Shown here piece after piece: positions 14,175 through 27,907 of a stretch of 64,000 bases of DNA (positions are counted from its first letter, which is position 1; every line of letters starts with the position of its first letter). The stretch lies in contig NC_057719.1 in NCBI RefSeq assembly GCF_004010195.1, forward strand, positions 1,712,395 to 1,776,394, read 5' to 3'. The notes below the pieces were generated by a model. It was not told the DNA's origin, did not search any database, and saw nothing but the letters and a program-made list of their open reading frames with translations. This DNA is from Chiloscyllium plagiosum. Its lineage: Eukaryota. A program made the position numbers and the translations under genes.

Positions 14175-14853
14175 CTATCCAAGGCCCCAAAGGAGCTTTC
14201 CACATCCATCAAAGTTTTACCTGCACATCCACTAATATCATCTATTGTATCCGTTGCTCCCGATGCGGTCTCCTCTACATTGGGGAGACTGGACGCCTCC
14301 TAGCAGAGCGCTTTAGGGAACATCTCCGAGACACCCGCACCAATCAACCAAATCGCCCAGTGGCTCAACATTTCAACTCCCCCTCCCACTCTGCCGAGGA
14401 TATGGAGGTGCTGGGCCTCCTCCACCGCCGCTCCCTCACCACCACACGCCTGGAGGAAGAACGCCTCATCTTCCGCCTCGGAACACTTCAACCCAGGGCA
14501 TCAATGTGGATTTTAACAGTTTCCTCATTTCCCCTTCCCCCACCTCAACCTAGTTTCTAACCTCCAGCAGCTCGATCCCCTGACCTGTCCGGGCTTGTCC
14601 GACCTGCCCAGCTCCTTTTCCACCTATCCACTCCACCCTCTCCTCCCTGACCTATCACCTTCATCTCCTTCCCCACTGACCTATTGTACTCTATGCCACT
14701 CTCTCCCACCCCCACCCTCCTCTAGCTTATCTCTCCACGCTTCAGGCTCTCTGCCTTTATTCCTGATGAAGGGCTTTTGCCCAAAACGTCGATTTTGCCT
14801 GTCCTCGGATGCTGCCTGAATTGCTGTGCTCTTCCAGCACCACTGATCCAGAA
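14175..14853 (+). mobile_element. Penelope-like element (Neptune-type) 3' portion: GIY-YIG endonuclease plus terminal repeat with hammerhead motif
   Basis: Frame from 14177 reads IQGPKGAFHIHQSFTCTSTNIIYCIRCSRCGLLYIGETGRLLAERFREH..VAQHFNSPSHS..EEERLIFRLGTLQP; followed by a pyrimidine-rich UTR and CTGATGA-AGGGCTTTTGCCC-AAAACGTC. Confidence 0.9.
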
Positions 14854-14909
14854 TATTCTGATGGTACTTGGGGAGCACCTTCCTTAGATTAGCTTGATAG
14901 AAGTCGCCA

Positions 14910-15710
14910 GATAAATGTGAGATGCTGCATTTTGGGAAAGCAAATCTTAGCAGGACTTATACACTTAATGGTAAGGTCCTAGGGAATGTTGCTGAGCAAA
15001 GAGACCTTGGAGTGCAGTTTTATAGCTCCTTGAAAGTAGAGTCGCTGGTAGATAGGAAAGTTAAGAAGGCGTTTGGTAGGCTTTCCTTTATTGGTCAGAG
15101 TATTGAGTACAGGAGTTGGGAGGTCATGTTGTAGATGTACAGGATATTGGTTAGGCCACTTTTGGAATATTGCGTGCAATTCTGGTCTCCTTCCTATCAG
15201 AAGGACGTGGTGAAACTTGAAAGGGTTCAGAAAAGATTTACAAGAATGTTGCCAGGGTTGGAGGATTTGAGCTACAGGGAGAGGCTGAATAGGCTACGGG
15301 TTCTTTTCCCTGGTGCGTTGGAGGCTGAGGGGTAACCTTATAGAGGTTTATAAAATCGTGAGGGGCGTGGATAGAATAAATAAACCAGGTCTTTTCCCTG
15401 GGGTGGGGGGAGTCCAGAACTAGAGGGCAAAGGTTTAGGGTGAGAGGTGAAAGATATAAAAGAGACCTACGGGGCAACTTTTTCACACAGAGCATGGTAC
15501 GTGTATGGAATGAGCTGCCAGAGGAGGTGATGGAGGCAGGTACAATTGCAACATTTAAGAGTCATATGGATGGGTATATGAATAGGAAGGGTTTAAGGGA
15601 TATGGACCGGGTGCTGGCAGGTGGGACTAGATTGGGTTGGGATATCTGGTTGGCATGGACGGGTTGGACTATAGGGTCTGTTTCCATGCTGTACATCTCT
15701 ATGACTCTCT
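14910..15710 (+). mobile_element. 5'-truncated CR1 LINE to 3' tail
   Basis: LHFGKANL..RPLLEYCVQFWSP..NFFTQSMVRVWNELP; tail ctctatgactct. Confidence 0.9.
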
Positions 15711-16544
15711 GATCAGATGGACTGCTTTTTCTGAGATGTGTTGTGCGTTTTGAGGGCAGCTGAGCACATTGGTGAATGCAGGACCAAGGAGAGGTGTACA
15801 GCACCTCTTTCTGCTTGTTTTAAACACACATTTAAATTTGACGACAGCAAGAAAAATGAATGGCAACGTCCCCTTCTTTGAACGAAGTCTTTTTTTCCCA
15901 GTACCCTGCAGTGCCTCCCTGTTCGAGTAGAAATCTGAGCCCTTAGTTGCAACCTCATCAAAATTCAAAAATCTAAACTTTATCCCTAAATCCAAAGTGC
16001 CTTACACCAGATGGTAATGTATACTCTTTCAGAATGCTGCTTACATTATATACATATGGAATTGTTAAAGACATTAGAGAATAATAGATACCTGGAGAAT
16101 AATTGCACATAAGCAACTCTACCCTTGTAATTCAATTAACGGGCCAGGGTGACGTCATAAACCCCCTCGAGCAAGTATCAGTGGGTTTAAGGTATCTGAA
16201 TCCCAAGGTTGGATTACTGTCTATTATGCACTCCCAGCCTTGAAGAAGTTTTAAATTATTGGCATTTTATTTTGCTTATGTAAAAATATGAATCGTTTAA
16301 TGAATGGTGATATTAGATGTCACATGCTAGGCAGAGGCTTTAAATTTGTACAATGTCTTATGAAGTCTTTGAAGTATCTTGGACCATTTCGCAAACATCA
16401 AAGTTAGAACGCAGTGACCTAAGTTGGCAAATGTGCCAGCCATTTTCCATATTGTAAGATCCAGAAATAGTAATTAGATAAATGATGGGTAAACCCAGAC
16501 TGTGGCTGAGGGTTTTGGCATGTCTATTTACCCCATCATACCCC

Positions 16545-16862
16545 TTAGATAGCAAGAAGCTTTTTTTTTCACAGAGTGGGCATCATGAATTCAAGATGAG
16601 AGGGGAAAAGTTTAAGGGAGATATGGGTGGGAAGTTCTTTACACAGAGGGTGATGAGTGCCTAGAACACGTTGCCAGCGGAGGTGGTAGAGGCGAGCACG
16701 ATAGCATCATTTAAGATGTATCTAGACAGATACATGAATGGGCAGGGAGCAGAGGGATACAGATCCATAGAAAATAGGCGACAGGTTTAGATAGAGGATC
16801 TGGACCGGTGCAGGCTTGGAGGGCCGAAGGGCCTGTTCCTGTGCTGGAAGGTTCTATGTTCT
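16545..16862 (+). mobile_element. CR1 3' end fragment
   Basis: GKFFTQRVMSA and CR1 3' UTR. Confidence 0.85.
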
Positions 16863-17099
16863 TAACCAATCTACCTGTGAGATATGTCCTACCAGATGGT
16901 GTAGCAGTTCCTTACAGTGGAAGCAATAAGTTTACAGTTCATTTTACACTTTTATACAATTCATTAGGGCACTTTAAATCGTCTTGAAAATTTAGCACGT
17001 TTGGTAATCCAGAACCATGAAACTATCAGAACAAAATGATACTGTGTTGTACCAAAAAGTCTCAAAAAGCAATGAACTCAGACCATTGACATTAACTAA

Positions 17100-18065
17100 G
17101 GCAACGAAAATGACAGCAGCAAACACAGTCCTGTTGACGTTGCAAAGTCCCCCTTATTAATGTCTATGGGCTAAATTGGGAGAACCATCTCACAAACTAG
17201 TTAAACAACAACATGACATAGACAAACTTACGGGATCACACTTTACAGATAATGTCCCCAACATCACCTTCACTAACTCTGGGAATCTCCTACCCCAATG
17301 GGAGGACAGATCCAGCAGAGATGATGACCCAGTGGTATACAGTTGGTTAGGAGCTACCCTGGGAGTCTTCAAGATTCACTGTGCACTGTGTGAAGATTAA
17401 TGGCACAAGGAAGATCTATCCCCCACCCCACCTCCCACCCATCCCCCTCAGCTGATGAATCAGTACTCCTCCAATGTGAATAACATTGAACCAAGTACTG
17501 AGGGTAGGGAGGGTGCAGTTTGTAGCCAGGGTGTGGGAATCCTTTGTCCACCAATAAGAGTAGTTTGGTAGCAGCACTAATGATCGAGCTGGTCAAATCC
17601 TAAAGGGTACAGCTGCTAGTCTGGATCTGTGATTAGTAGTGAGGGAACCAACATAGGGAAGAAACATACTTAACTCCATCTTCACTCATGTGCCTGCCGC
17701 AGAGGCATTTATCCTTGTGGAGATGAATCCCATTTTCTCATTGAGAATGTCCTGTGTTGTGTTGTGTGGTACTATCACCATGCAAAATAGGACAGACTTT
17801 GAATAGATCCAGCAACTCCAGACTGAGCATCCATTAGATGCTGTGGAGCAACAGCAGCAGAATTGTACTCCAGCATAACCTGCAGTCTCATGACCTGGCA
17901 ACTCGCCCACTCAACCATTAGCATCAAGCCAGGGGATCAACCCTGGTTCAGTGGAGAGTGCAGGAGCAGCACCAGCAATACCTAAAAATGTGGTGTGAAC
18001 CTGGTGAAGCTACTAAACAGGACTACTTGTATGCCAAACAGCATATGCAGCAAGTGATTGACAGG
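17100..18065 (+). mobile_element. Degenerate LINE (CR1/L2 group) endonuclease region
   Basis: Frameshifted APE-like residues (LVKQQHDI..LT.SH, DRSSR.., LVVREPT.G.NILN.IFT); distinct from the HER1-type CR1 copies. Confidence 0.6.
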
Positions 18066-19829
18066 TATCATGGATATTTGCCAGAACTGCTGCTGCTTGG
18101 ACCTCTGATACTTTAGGCTCATCTAAATAAATTTTGCTGCTTACTAAAATATCATTTTTAAATTCTCCCCTAGTAATGGTTTCCCTCACATTCTCAAAAT
18201 CTTTCTCTAAATTCAGTGATCAAAACTACTGATCATACAATATTTATTTTTCTCATGTATATTCTACAAATACTGACATATATATTAATTGATCAGCTTC
18301 ACTGACAAGCTCCTGGGCACCACTGATTGCCCCTCAGTGTCCAGTCGTTAGAAATTATTGTGCCAAATGACATGTAGAAGTTGAAGAAGTCATGTTGCAA
18401 GGTTAAGAATTATGAGACTGAATTAGACTACTCTATGGGACAAACACTTCCCATTGTTACATGAGATAACAGGTCTACACTTTGTAATGAGAGATTGCAC
18501 CAGTGCGTCATTTTGGGTGTAACAATATTCAGTGGCAGAAGTGACCAAGGTCCAAATTCGGGAAGTGAACAAGTTCATTCACTACCTGTGATGTCACCAC
18601 TGCATGATCTTTGAGTGTATCCCTGAAGTTGTGGTGGCAACAAATGCATCTCTTTTAAGATATTTCAGTCATGGTGGTCAGTTACAGAGTACATTCACAC
18701 AATTCTGCCTTGAACAAAAAATATACAAAGTTATAATGCATTTTCCTGACAACATGGACAATTGATCAGCTATGTCCTGTTCTTAAAAAGCGGGACAAAT
18801 CCGACACAATCCTACACTTCTAAACACTTGTTACTGATCATAATATAACCCTCTCCCTCAAGTACTTTCATGAAAACTGATGTTTTTCCCCTACTGAAGC
18901 CTTCCACACTGATACATACATTATTCAACAACAGCAGAAATTGCTGGAAAAACTCAGCAGGTTAGGCAGCATCTGTGGAGAGAAAGCAGAGTTAATGGTT
19001 CAGCTCCAGTGAACCTTCTTCAGAACTGATTGTAGCTCAGAAAAGCTTGGTATATATACTGAAGGGTGGGAGGGAAGGGCAAAGGAGTAAATGAAAACTG
19101 GAGGTAGAGAAGGAGAAAAATGTTTAGAATGGATATCCTGTCTGAGAGAGGAGCAGAACGTCTTCATGGTGGGCATAGCATCTGATTTCCAGCATTGGCA
19201 GTTTTTTGGAGTTTTTTTTGGTTTTTGTGTTTAACGCACTGCCACATCTCTCCCAGGTATGTCCTCCTTGAAGAAGCTAAGGACAGCAGATTTCCTTTGC
19301 TAAAGGGGCATCAATCCAATAGCTACATGGTCACCAAATCTGATACAAACTTTTATTTCAGGTTTATTTATTCACAATTTAAATAGTCCAGCTGCTGTGG
19401 TGGGATTTGAGCTCCTACGTCTGGATCAATAGTACTGAACCGATCAGTAACATAACCAAGCTCGGAACTGTTCTATAAGCATGGAGACTGCTCTCTTTAA
19501 TACTGGATACCAGACCAGTCTCCAATTCATCCCCACTCTCAAAAAAACCTGTACATGTTGGCGTTAGGAGGAATGGGAGGTGATCTTCGTTTAATGTCCA
19601 AGATTCTCAGGGGATTTGACTGGGTAGACACTGAGCAGATGTTTCCCCTCATATGGGTATCTAGAGTTAGGGCACAGTAACAGAATAAGGGTTCTCTCTT
19701 TAAAGACAAAGGTGAGGAGGAATTTAATTCTTTTGAATGACAGATGACACTAAAATAAGTGGGAAAATAAGTTAATCGATTAAGGTTAGAAGCTGAATAC
19801 TGGTCCTTAATGAATCCAAGAACCCTACA

Positions 19830-20125
19830 TGTAGGTAAGGGTTATTTGGCCCATCAGATCTCACCAAACTTTGAAGAGCACCCATGCTATCCCTGTAATG
19901 CCATATTTCCCACGGCTAACCCATCTAACCTACATATTCCTGGACACCATGACAATTTAGCTTGGCCAATCCACCTGACCTGCACATCTTTAATCTGTGG
20001 AAGGAAACCGGAGCACCCAGAGGAAACCCACGCACAAACGGGGAGAATGTGCAAACTCCACACAGACTGGAATCAAACCTGGGTCCCTCGCACTATGAGG
20101 CAGCAGTGCTAACCACTGAGCCATC
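19830..20125 (-). mobile_element. HE1-like SINE (diverged)
   Basis: V-domain and A/B boxes on the reverse strand. Confidence 0.82.
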
Positions 20126-20253
20126 CTTTGCAATGAAGAAAGAAGAAATTTGCAAATGATATTTATAGGTAAGGTGAATGGGCCAAAATTTGGTAGATGA
20201 AGTTTAAGATGGATCAGTGTTGGATTATCCATTTTGGTCAGAGGAATTGAAAG

Positions 20254-20432
20254 AGCAGCAGGTCAGGCAGCATCCAAGGAGCAGGAGAATCAACGTTTCA
20301 GGAATCCTGAAGAAGGGCTTGTGCCCGAAACGTCGATTCTCCTGCTCCTTGGAGGCTGCCTGACCTGCTGCGCTTTTCCAGCAACACATTTTTCAGCTCT
20401 GATCTCCAGCATCTGCAGTCCTCACTTTCTCC
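20254..20432. mobile_element. Short palindromic PLE-terminal unit with hammerhead; 15-bp TSD CAGAGGAATTGAAAG
   Basis: Inverted arms; TSD at 20239-20253 and 20433-20447. Confidence 0.85.
20302..20339 (+). ncRNA. Minimal type-I hammerhead ribozyme motif (best-formed copy)
   Basis: GAATC-CTGAAGA-A-GGGC(TTGT)GCCC-GAAA-CGTC-GATTC: stem I GAATC/GATTC, intact core, loopless palindromic stem III. Confidence 0.75.
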
Positions 20433-22560
20433 CAGAGGAATTGAAAGGCAACATATTATCTAGATGGAGAGAAACTTCACAGTGCTTTAGTGCATAGGGA
20501 TCTGGGTGTTCTCTTGCAAGAATCACAGAACACTAGTATGGATGTACAGCAGATAATAACGGACGCAAATGGAATGTTGGCATTTACTGCTAAAGGAATA
20601 GAGTATAAAGGTAGGGAAATGTTGCTGTGACTGTTGCTGTATAAGGCATTAGTGAGATTGCATCTGGAGTATTGCATGCAATTTTAATTCCTTACTTGAG
20701 ATGGGTATAGTTGTATTGGAGGCAGTTCAGAGGTGGTTCATTAGGTTGATTTTAGAGATGATTTGAAGTTGAGAGGTTTGTCTTATGAAGAGAGATTGAA
20801 CCGTTGAGGACTATACACTCTGGAGCTCAGAAGAATGCGAGAGATCTAATTGAAGTCTATAAGATGCTAAAGGGGATTGACAAAGCTGATGTTTCCTCAC
20901 GTAGGACAATCTAGAATGAGAGGTCAGAGTTTGAGGATAACGGGTAGCAGATTTAAAACAGAGATAAGGAGAAATTACTTCTGTTAAAGGAGCGTGAACC
21001 TGGAGAATTCACTCCCCCAGAGTGCAGTGGGTGCTGCTTCATTGGGTAAATTTAAAGAGGAGTTAGACATATTTTTAATTAGTAATGGGTTGAAGGGTTA
21101 AGGAGAGTGGGCAGGAAAGTGTAATTAAGGCTGAGATGAGATCAACCATGATTGTATCAAATATGGAGCACGCTCGCGGTACTGAATGGCCTACTTACAG
21201 AATCTTTGGACTGTGGGAAGAAACTGGAGCACCCAGAGGAAACCTGTGGAGAGACAAACAGAGTTAACGTTTTGGGTCCAGTGACCCTTCTTCTTCAGAT
21301 AAACCCGTCTGACACTCTCCCTGGTGTCATACTGACCGTTTTTCTTCAGTAATGAGAAGTCTCTGTGAAACCCGGTCTGTTCATACTGGTGTCTGAAACC
21401 TCAGTACTCTGCAAAGCACAACAAATGACCAAGGCAGTATTTGTTCTTTAACAGACACCACCAAAATAGACTAACCTATAATTCATCTCCCTGTGCTGTA
21501 ATGTGGGACCTTGCTGTGAAGGTTAGTTGTCATGCTCACTGTTTCTACATAACATATTGAACCCTTTGTTTGTACAGCGTTTTGAGGTGTCTTGAGGATA
21601 TGATGGAAGGTGCTTTCTTTCTAGAGCGAAATAAATAGAGAGGGCTTTAGGCTGATTGCTGCTGAAACCTCAAATCTGTGCTGATTCTTTCAAATAATCT
21701 CTTCCTTGTACTCCGAAAATGATTAGTAATTACATTTTAAAGTTAGACAGAAGCCCATGGCTTTAGGAGCAACGTTCTACTGGCTCTGGCTGGTATTGAG
21801 ACAGTCATTCAGGCTTTCAGTTTAATCCCTGGTTGGTGCAGCTCCCAGATATTCAGGTGTGACAAGGTGCCATCGTGGGCTGCTGGTGTGGTAAGTGGGA
21901 TGAGGCTGGAAGGGTGGGAGAAACGAGTGGGGACCTACGGCATCTTATAGTAAAATGCATCTGTGCTACCTGCTGCACAAACCTGACAGTGGTCTACATA
22001 CCACTTCTGCAGATATGAAGAATGCCCTAGATGATATTTATAAACACTCTGGAAGTGAAATTGCCTGGGGCTTTATACAGCTTGGCCAGCAACTTCAACC
22101 AAGCCAACCTCAAGAATGCTGCCAAAGTACCACAATCACATCTCCTGCCCCACCGGAGGACTGAACATCCCTGAAGTTCTGGTGGTAACTCCCACAAGCA
22201 TCAAAGACACCTGCTGCTCCATCCCCATCCGCCTGTTGCAAAATCAGACCACAACACTGTTCCTCCTCCCAGCTTACAAGCAGAAGCTGAAACTGGAGGG
22301 TCCTTCACAGAAATAAATACAGTGGTCGTCTGAGGTAGTGGAAGAGCATCTCTAGGGCTGTTTGGAATCAGTGGACTGTACCGCGTTCAGGCACTCAGTG
22401 AAAAACCTGACGAAGTACGCTACCACTATCACAGGCTTCATGCTGGAGGACTGCGTGCCAAAGACATCAATCCGAGTATCCTCCAACTGAAAAGCTGCAG
22501 GAGATCCATTCCCTGCTGAAGACCAGGCATGCAGCATTCAAGTCGGATGACTCAAACATA

Positions 22561-22874
22561 GGGGAGGGGCGTTGGAGGGGAGGGACCTTCCTAACCTGCA
22601 ATCTCTTCCTGACCTCTCCGCCCCCACCCCCACTCTGGCCTATTACCCTCACCTTGACCTCCCTCCACCTATCACATTTCCAACGCCCCTCCCCCAAGTC
22701 CCTCCTCCCTACCTTTTATCTTAGCCTGCTGGACACACTTTCCTCATTCCTGAAGAAGGGCTCATGCCCAAAACGTCGATTCTCCTGTTCCTTGGATGCT
22801 GCCTGACCTGCTGCGCTTTTCCAGCAACACATTTTCAGCTCTGATCTCCAGCATCTGCAGTCCTCACTTTCTCC
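22561..22874 (+). mobile_element. PLE terminal fragment with short inverted 5' piece; 13-bp TSD
   Basis: TGACTCA(A/G)ACATA at 22548-22560 and 22875-22887; hammerhead core at 22750 with GAAA changed to AAAA. Confidence 0.82.
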
Positions 22875-22964
22875 TGACTCAGACATACAGTGGAAATCCC
22901 GATATGACCTCCTCAAAGCCATCAGGGATGCCATGAGGCAATGCCTGGTCTGGGGGATTTTAGC

Positions 22965-23368
22965 TATGAAGAAAGATAGACTTGTTTTGGAATGCAGGAG
23001 GTTGAGGGGCGACCTGATAGAAGTTTATAAGATTGTGAATGGCATGGATAGAGTGGAAAGTATGAGGCTGTTTCCCAGGACAGAAGGGTCAATTACTAGG
23101 TGACACAGGTTCAAGGGGTGGGGGGGAGTTTAAAAGAGATGTGAGAGACACATTTTTCACACAAGGGGTGGTGAGTGCCTGGAATGCGTTGCCAGAGGAG
23201 GTGGTGGAAGCAGACACATTAGCAGCTTTCAAGAAACACCTGGATAAATACATGATTAGGAAGGGAATAGAGGGATATGGATCCTGTAAGTGAAGGCAGT
23301 TTTAGTATGGAAGGCCAAAATGTGTCAGTGCAGGCTTGGAGGGCCAAAGGGCCTGTATTGTTCTTTGA
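22965..23368 (+). mobile_element. CR1 3' end nested in the Rex1-type LINE
   Basis: RRLRGDLIEVYKI..FFTQGVVSAWNALPEEVV plus tail. Confidence 0.85.
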
Positions 23369-24981
23369 AATATGGCATGTCCATAAGGATCCTCATCAAC
23401 TTTTACAGATGAACCATAGAAAGTATTCTGTCTGGGTGCATAATGGCCTGGTATGACAACTGCTCTGCCCAGAACCATAAGAAATGACAGAAGGTGGTGT
23501 GCACATCCCAGACCATCATGGAAGCCAACCTCCCATCCATGGACTCCATTTACACATCTTGTTGCTGCAGAAAGGCTGCCAATTTCATCAAAGACCCCTC
23601 CCACAGCAGAAATTATCTCCTCCAATCTCTCCCATTAGGCAGAAGACACAGAAGCTTAAACACACATACCAACAGGTTCAGGAACAGCTTCTTCACTGCT
23701 GAATGGACTCTCTAACTTCAACTAATGTTGATCTTGTTAGTGTTCTTGCCTAACGCACGTCCTGTGCAGTGTAACTTGCATACCTCACTCTGTCCAAGTT
23801 TTTTTTCACCTTATGCTCTGTATGTCCTTCCTTACTATGATCTGCCTGTACTACTCACAAGCAAAGCTTTTCACTGTACTTAGGTACATGTGACAATAAA
23901 TCAAATCAAATGACAAAGTCCTTGCTGTATGTCCTTGGAATTCTCTGGTAGAGTCTTCCTGCCTGAACTGAGGAATAGCAGTTGGGTTTGGACAGAACAA
24001 GATTACTATCTTTGCAGGATTGTCTTGCCTCCCCTGGGAAATTGCATATATTTCTGGGCTTCTGGAATGATGTGAATGTGTTGTAAAGAGTGCAGAAGAG
24101 ATTCAGAAGGATGGTTTCCAGGATGAGCAAATTGAGTAATGGAATTACATGGGAGACATTCCGATTGTTTTTGATTGGAGAGGAGAAGGCTGAGGAAGTA
24201 GGCACTAACAAATCTAATAGGCAATTTGGGAAAATATCCTTTCCCCAGAAGGTGATGAGAATGTGAACCTCGCTATCACAGGGAATATCTATTTAATCAG
24301 AAGCTAAATAATCACAAGGGATAAAATAATAGAAGGATATGTTGATGAAATTGGGCTTTTGGGAGGTGGGTAGGAGGGTGGGAGGGTGTGGTGTGTATGG
24401 GAACCTTATGTGAATCAGGCCAATAGGGCTGACGGGCCTGTTTCTGTGCTCTCAATCTATTTAATTATGTGCCCATAAGGAACGGATGAATTTCAAATCT
24501 GTGAATAATATTTTAAGGACCCAAGCTTCAGAAGGCCCAGATCAGAAACGTCTTCTACCCTCTTGCTTCGCGATTGCAAAGGAACTACAAACCAGTCTCT
24601 GCTTCAGTCCTCCAATTACATTTCAGTGCCTGGCTTTTGATTCTGTTTTCAAGAGAGATCTTTTCTTAATTAGAGAAATTGAAATTCCACAAGAGAGCAG
24701 AGGTTTCTGCTTGGGAATAGGGATCATGCAGTTTTAATGAGATTGGGAATGGTTTACACTGAAGCACAGGAGGAACTGAATGACAAAGAGTCACAGACTC
24801 TACTGTCTGCTAAAGTTCTTTTTGGGCTTTTCTTTCACATGTGCTGGTCAGGTTTGATTGAAGGGCTTTATTGTTTCCAACTAAGCTTAGGCAAGCCAGT
24901 ACACAGCACGAGATACTGGAGGGTCCGTGCTGAGCTGGGAGGAGCAAGGAGCTGGCTGATGCCTCTCCATGTTATTGAATA

Positions 24982-25178
24982 CAGGTCATTCTGGTATAAC
25001 GTGCGCTTCATCAACGTGAATTGGTTATAACGTGATTGACGAATTGTGGACACTGTTTGGATAATATGAACTTTCTAATGAGCGAGTGGAGCGATTTTTT
25101 TTCTTACAGCAATCTAGCACTTTCCTATAGCGCGAGGTCACAGACGAACACAACTGTCACGTATGGCCGAACGACCTG
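24982..25178. mobile_element. Tc1/mariner (Tigger/MER6-like) MITE with TA target duplication
   Basis: TA|CAGGTCATTCTGGTATAACGTG ... CACGTATGGCCGAACGACCTG|TA imperfect terminal inverted repeats. Confidence 0.75.
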
Positions 25179-25229
25179 TAGAGAGAGCTCACTGGAGGTA
25201 TGGCAGTGACTGAGAATGGCAATTCTTCC

Positions 25230-25475
25230 ATCAGTGGGTACATCTGCTCTCTTTCAGATGAGATATTAAGCTATCTGCTTCTGGTGGACTTAGAAAAGCT
25301 CTCCTGCTCTTGTTTCAATACAGCCACTGTGGGATCTTTTCAGTCTCCCAGCCAATATTTTTCTCTCGATCAATACCTGAATCAGAATATCTGGCCATTG
25401 TCATGTTGGTATTTGTGAGAGCTTGCTGTGTGCAAACACACTGCAATGTTTTCTGCATTATGACAGCAATACGTC
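25230..25475 (+). mobile_element. SacSINE1/DeuSINE-like remnant
   Basis: ctttcagatgagatattaa..gccaatattt..gcttgctgtgtgcaaa Deu-domain-like motifs. Confidence 0.55.
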
Positions 25476-26039
25476 AATGACAGAATAGCATATTAGACAT
25501 GTATATGTAGACTGAGATCCTGCCTGGCATCTGTATATGAGCACCTGGGGGAAGCATCAGCCACAATTAGAGTCATACAGCATGGAAACAGACCACTCAG
25601 TGCAACGAGTCCATGTTTCCAAACTCAAGTTGTCCCATTTACCTGCGTTTGGCCCAGATCCTTACCTGTTTTAGCATTACCAGTAATTGTAGTACCCCAC
25701 CAGCACTGGGGTGGGTCACAAGTTTATAAATCATGTTTGATACTTCTGTCGTAAAAATAAATACTGGAAGAACTGTGCTGGTGTGGCAGTATCCGTGGAC
25801 AGACGATATGGTGTCTTCTGTAGACCCAGAAGCAGCTGGAAGTATGACAGGTTTCATGCTATTGAAAATGAGGATGGGAAAGTAGGACAGAAAGGACTAG
25901 GTAGAGGTTGGGAGAACCTAACTAACAAAGATATCTTTGGAGTAAAGGAGTAATGTTGCAAAGAAATAAGGAAATGGTCCAGAGTTGTTGTTCATGGCAA
26001 AATAAAGATCAGCTCCAACTGAAATCAGGAAACATGAAA

Positions 26040-26460
26040 ATAAGCTGCGGACTAACACTTGAGAGATGGGGTGGTAGGGGAGGTAGAGTCAAAACAGGGG
26101 AACCTAATTCACCGTTTAAAATTAATTAATTCAGTGTTGAATCCTGAAGGCTGCTGGAAAGCTGAAGTGTTGTTCCTTGAGCTTGCTTGAACCTCACTGG
26201 AATACTGCAGCAGACTGAGAAGGACAACCGAGAGCAAAGTGTTGAATTCAAATGGCAAGTGGCCAGAAGGTTCAACCATGCTTGCAGACTGAACCAAAGT
26301 GTTGGGCAGCATTCATTTGGTAAAGGACACTGCATGGTGAGATATTTCTTTGAGGTGAATGATGCAAAATCTATTGTAATTAGGGAGGTTTCCTCTACAT
26401 CAAGAAGCCCAAAATTCAAGCATTGAAGGAGGCTTTCTGTCCTCTGACACCAGAGTTGAC
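26040..26460 (-). mobile_element. Old degenerate Neptune-type PLE GIY-YIG fragment
   Basis: Reverse strand HLPFEFNT..LLQYSSE..QPSGFNTELINF resembles the C-terminus of the element at 14175. Confidence 0.55.
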
Positions 26461-27907
26461 GTGTCTTCCCTTTCTCCAACTTTCCTCTTGAGTACCAGTA
26501 GCAACTACTGTCCCTTCATACCCTTTTGCACATTTCCTCCAATCTCTCATCATAGTAAAGGTATCTGTGAAATAATAATGTTTGTTTAATGTTATTTTTT
26601 GCATGTTTTTTCTTTAAAAATGCCAAAGACTTTGTGATCCGTCTTCTGCTCAGTGGGTTCTTACCAGCAGTTTGTGACTGCTGGGCAAAGGGGTTTTCCA
26701 TTCTGCTCAGATACCTGAGGGAGTCTTTAATAGATGTGCAAATGTGGAGAAAGCTACATCTGGGGATTGGCAAAGGAGCCAGCATGGGACCATTAGATAA
26801 TGACATTCAAATGTGCTGTAGGGCTGCAGTAAATCTTTCTTCACTTATAGTTAATCTCAATTATTCTCTTTTATATCTCGACAGAAAATACTCAGTAGCC
26901 TGTGTGACTGATGAATACTTTAAGTAACTTCTATAATTTATAAAATAACAAAGTTAAAGTGTAGTGCTCAACTGTTCTCTGTATCAACACAAAAGATACA
27001 GAAGGATTGGAAGGCTGTTGTGGTATGGTGGCAGAGTCCATACCTCTGAGTCAGATGGGCTGAGTCCAAGTCCTACCTGCTCCAAATATGTATCATATCT
27101 GAACGGTTTAATTGGAAATATTCATTGAGGCATTGCAGAAAGCATACACTGAGTTTTAAGAATAATAACAGAGATGAGAAGTTGAATCTATCGGAATCGA
27201 TTGAACAGACTGGATCTCCATCTGGAAGTGGGAGGATCTGATCGGGGTTTCAAAAATTGCAAAGGGTTTGAGAGGATAGATGTAGAGAAGGCATGATCAC
27301 TTGTGAGGGAACCCAAAACCACCAATCGTAACCAGACGCTGGTTACTCATAAATCCAATGGGAATGCAGGTGAAAGCTCTTTACCCAGAGAATGGTGAGA
27401 TAATGGAACATACTGCCATGTGCAGTAGTTTAAGAATAAGAGGTCTCCCTTTTAAGACTGAGATAAGGAGAAACTATTTCAGTCAGGGTCATTCGCCTGT
27501 GAATTTTCTTCCCGAGAAGGCAATGGAGACTGGGTCATTGAACTTATTCAAGGCAGTGTGGATTATATTTTGTTGATAAACAAGAGAGTAAATGGCTATC
27601 TTGAAGTCAGTTAGATCACATGGCTGGATGCAATGCAATGGGGTGCCAACAGTATGGGTTCAATTCGCACATCGACTGAGGTTACCATGGGATTCCCACC
27701 TCTCCCTTTGCCTGAGACCTAGTGAACCCCAGGTTAAACTCACCACCAGTACTGTACCTTTAATGAGAGAGCAGACCTTTGGTCAGATAAGAGTATCTTT
27801 ACCTTTTTATACCAAGGGCTATGGGTATGACTCCATGAGATTTGGAAAGGTGATAATTGTATTTTTGAAGCTAATTCCCAAATTAAAGGAATGGCTTGGA
27901 GGTGGAT

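Larger units (their letters stand above)
20150..21200 (+). mobile_element. Old CR1 LINE 3' region, interrupted by a PLE palindrome at 20254-20432
   Basis: Degenerate GIEYKGREMLL..LEYCMQF, RRNYF and a CR1 3' UTR. Confidence 0.8.
21945..23912 (+). mobile_element. Rex1/Babar-type LINE fragments (endonuclease region 21945-22940; C-terminus plus tail 23370-23912) with nested PLE and CR1
   Basis: LPKYHNHISCP, LLPAYKQKLK, WY.NCSAQ..KVVCTSQTI.EANLPSMDSIY..KAANFIKDPSH..GRRHRSL..TNRFRNSFF; AATAAA-(tcaaa)n tail. Confidence 0.8.

Noticed and set aside
26589..26927. 112-aa ORF as a missing BRF1 exon or nested gene (e.g. BTBD6, nested in mammalian BRF1)
   Set aside because: No similarity to BRF1 or BTB/BACK/PHR motifs that I can recognise, and no convincing donor site.
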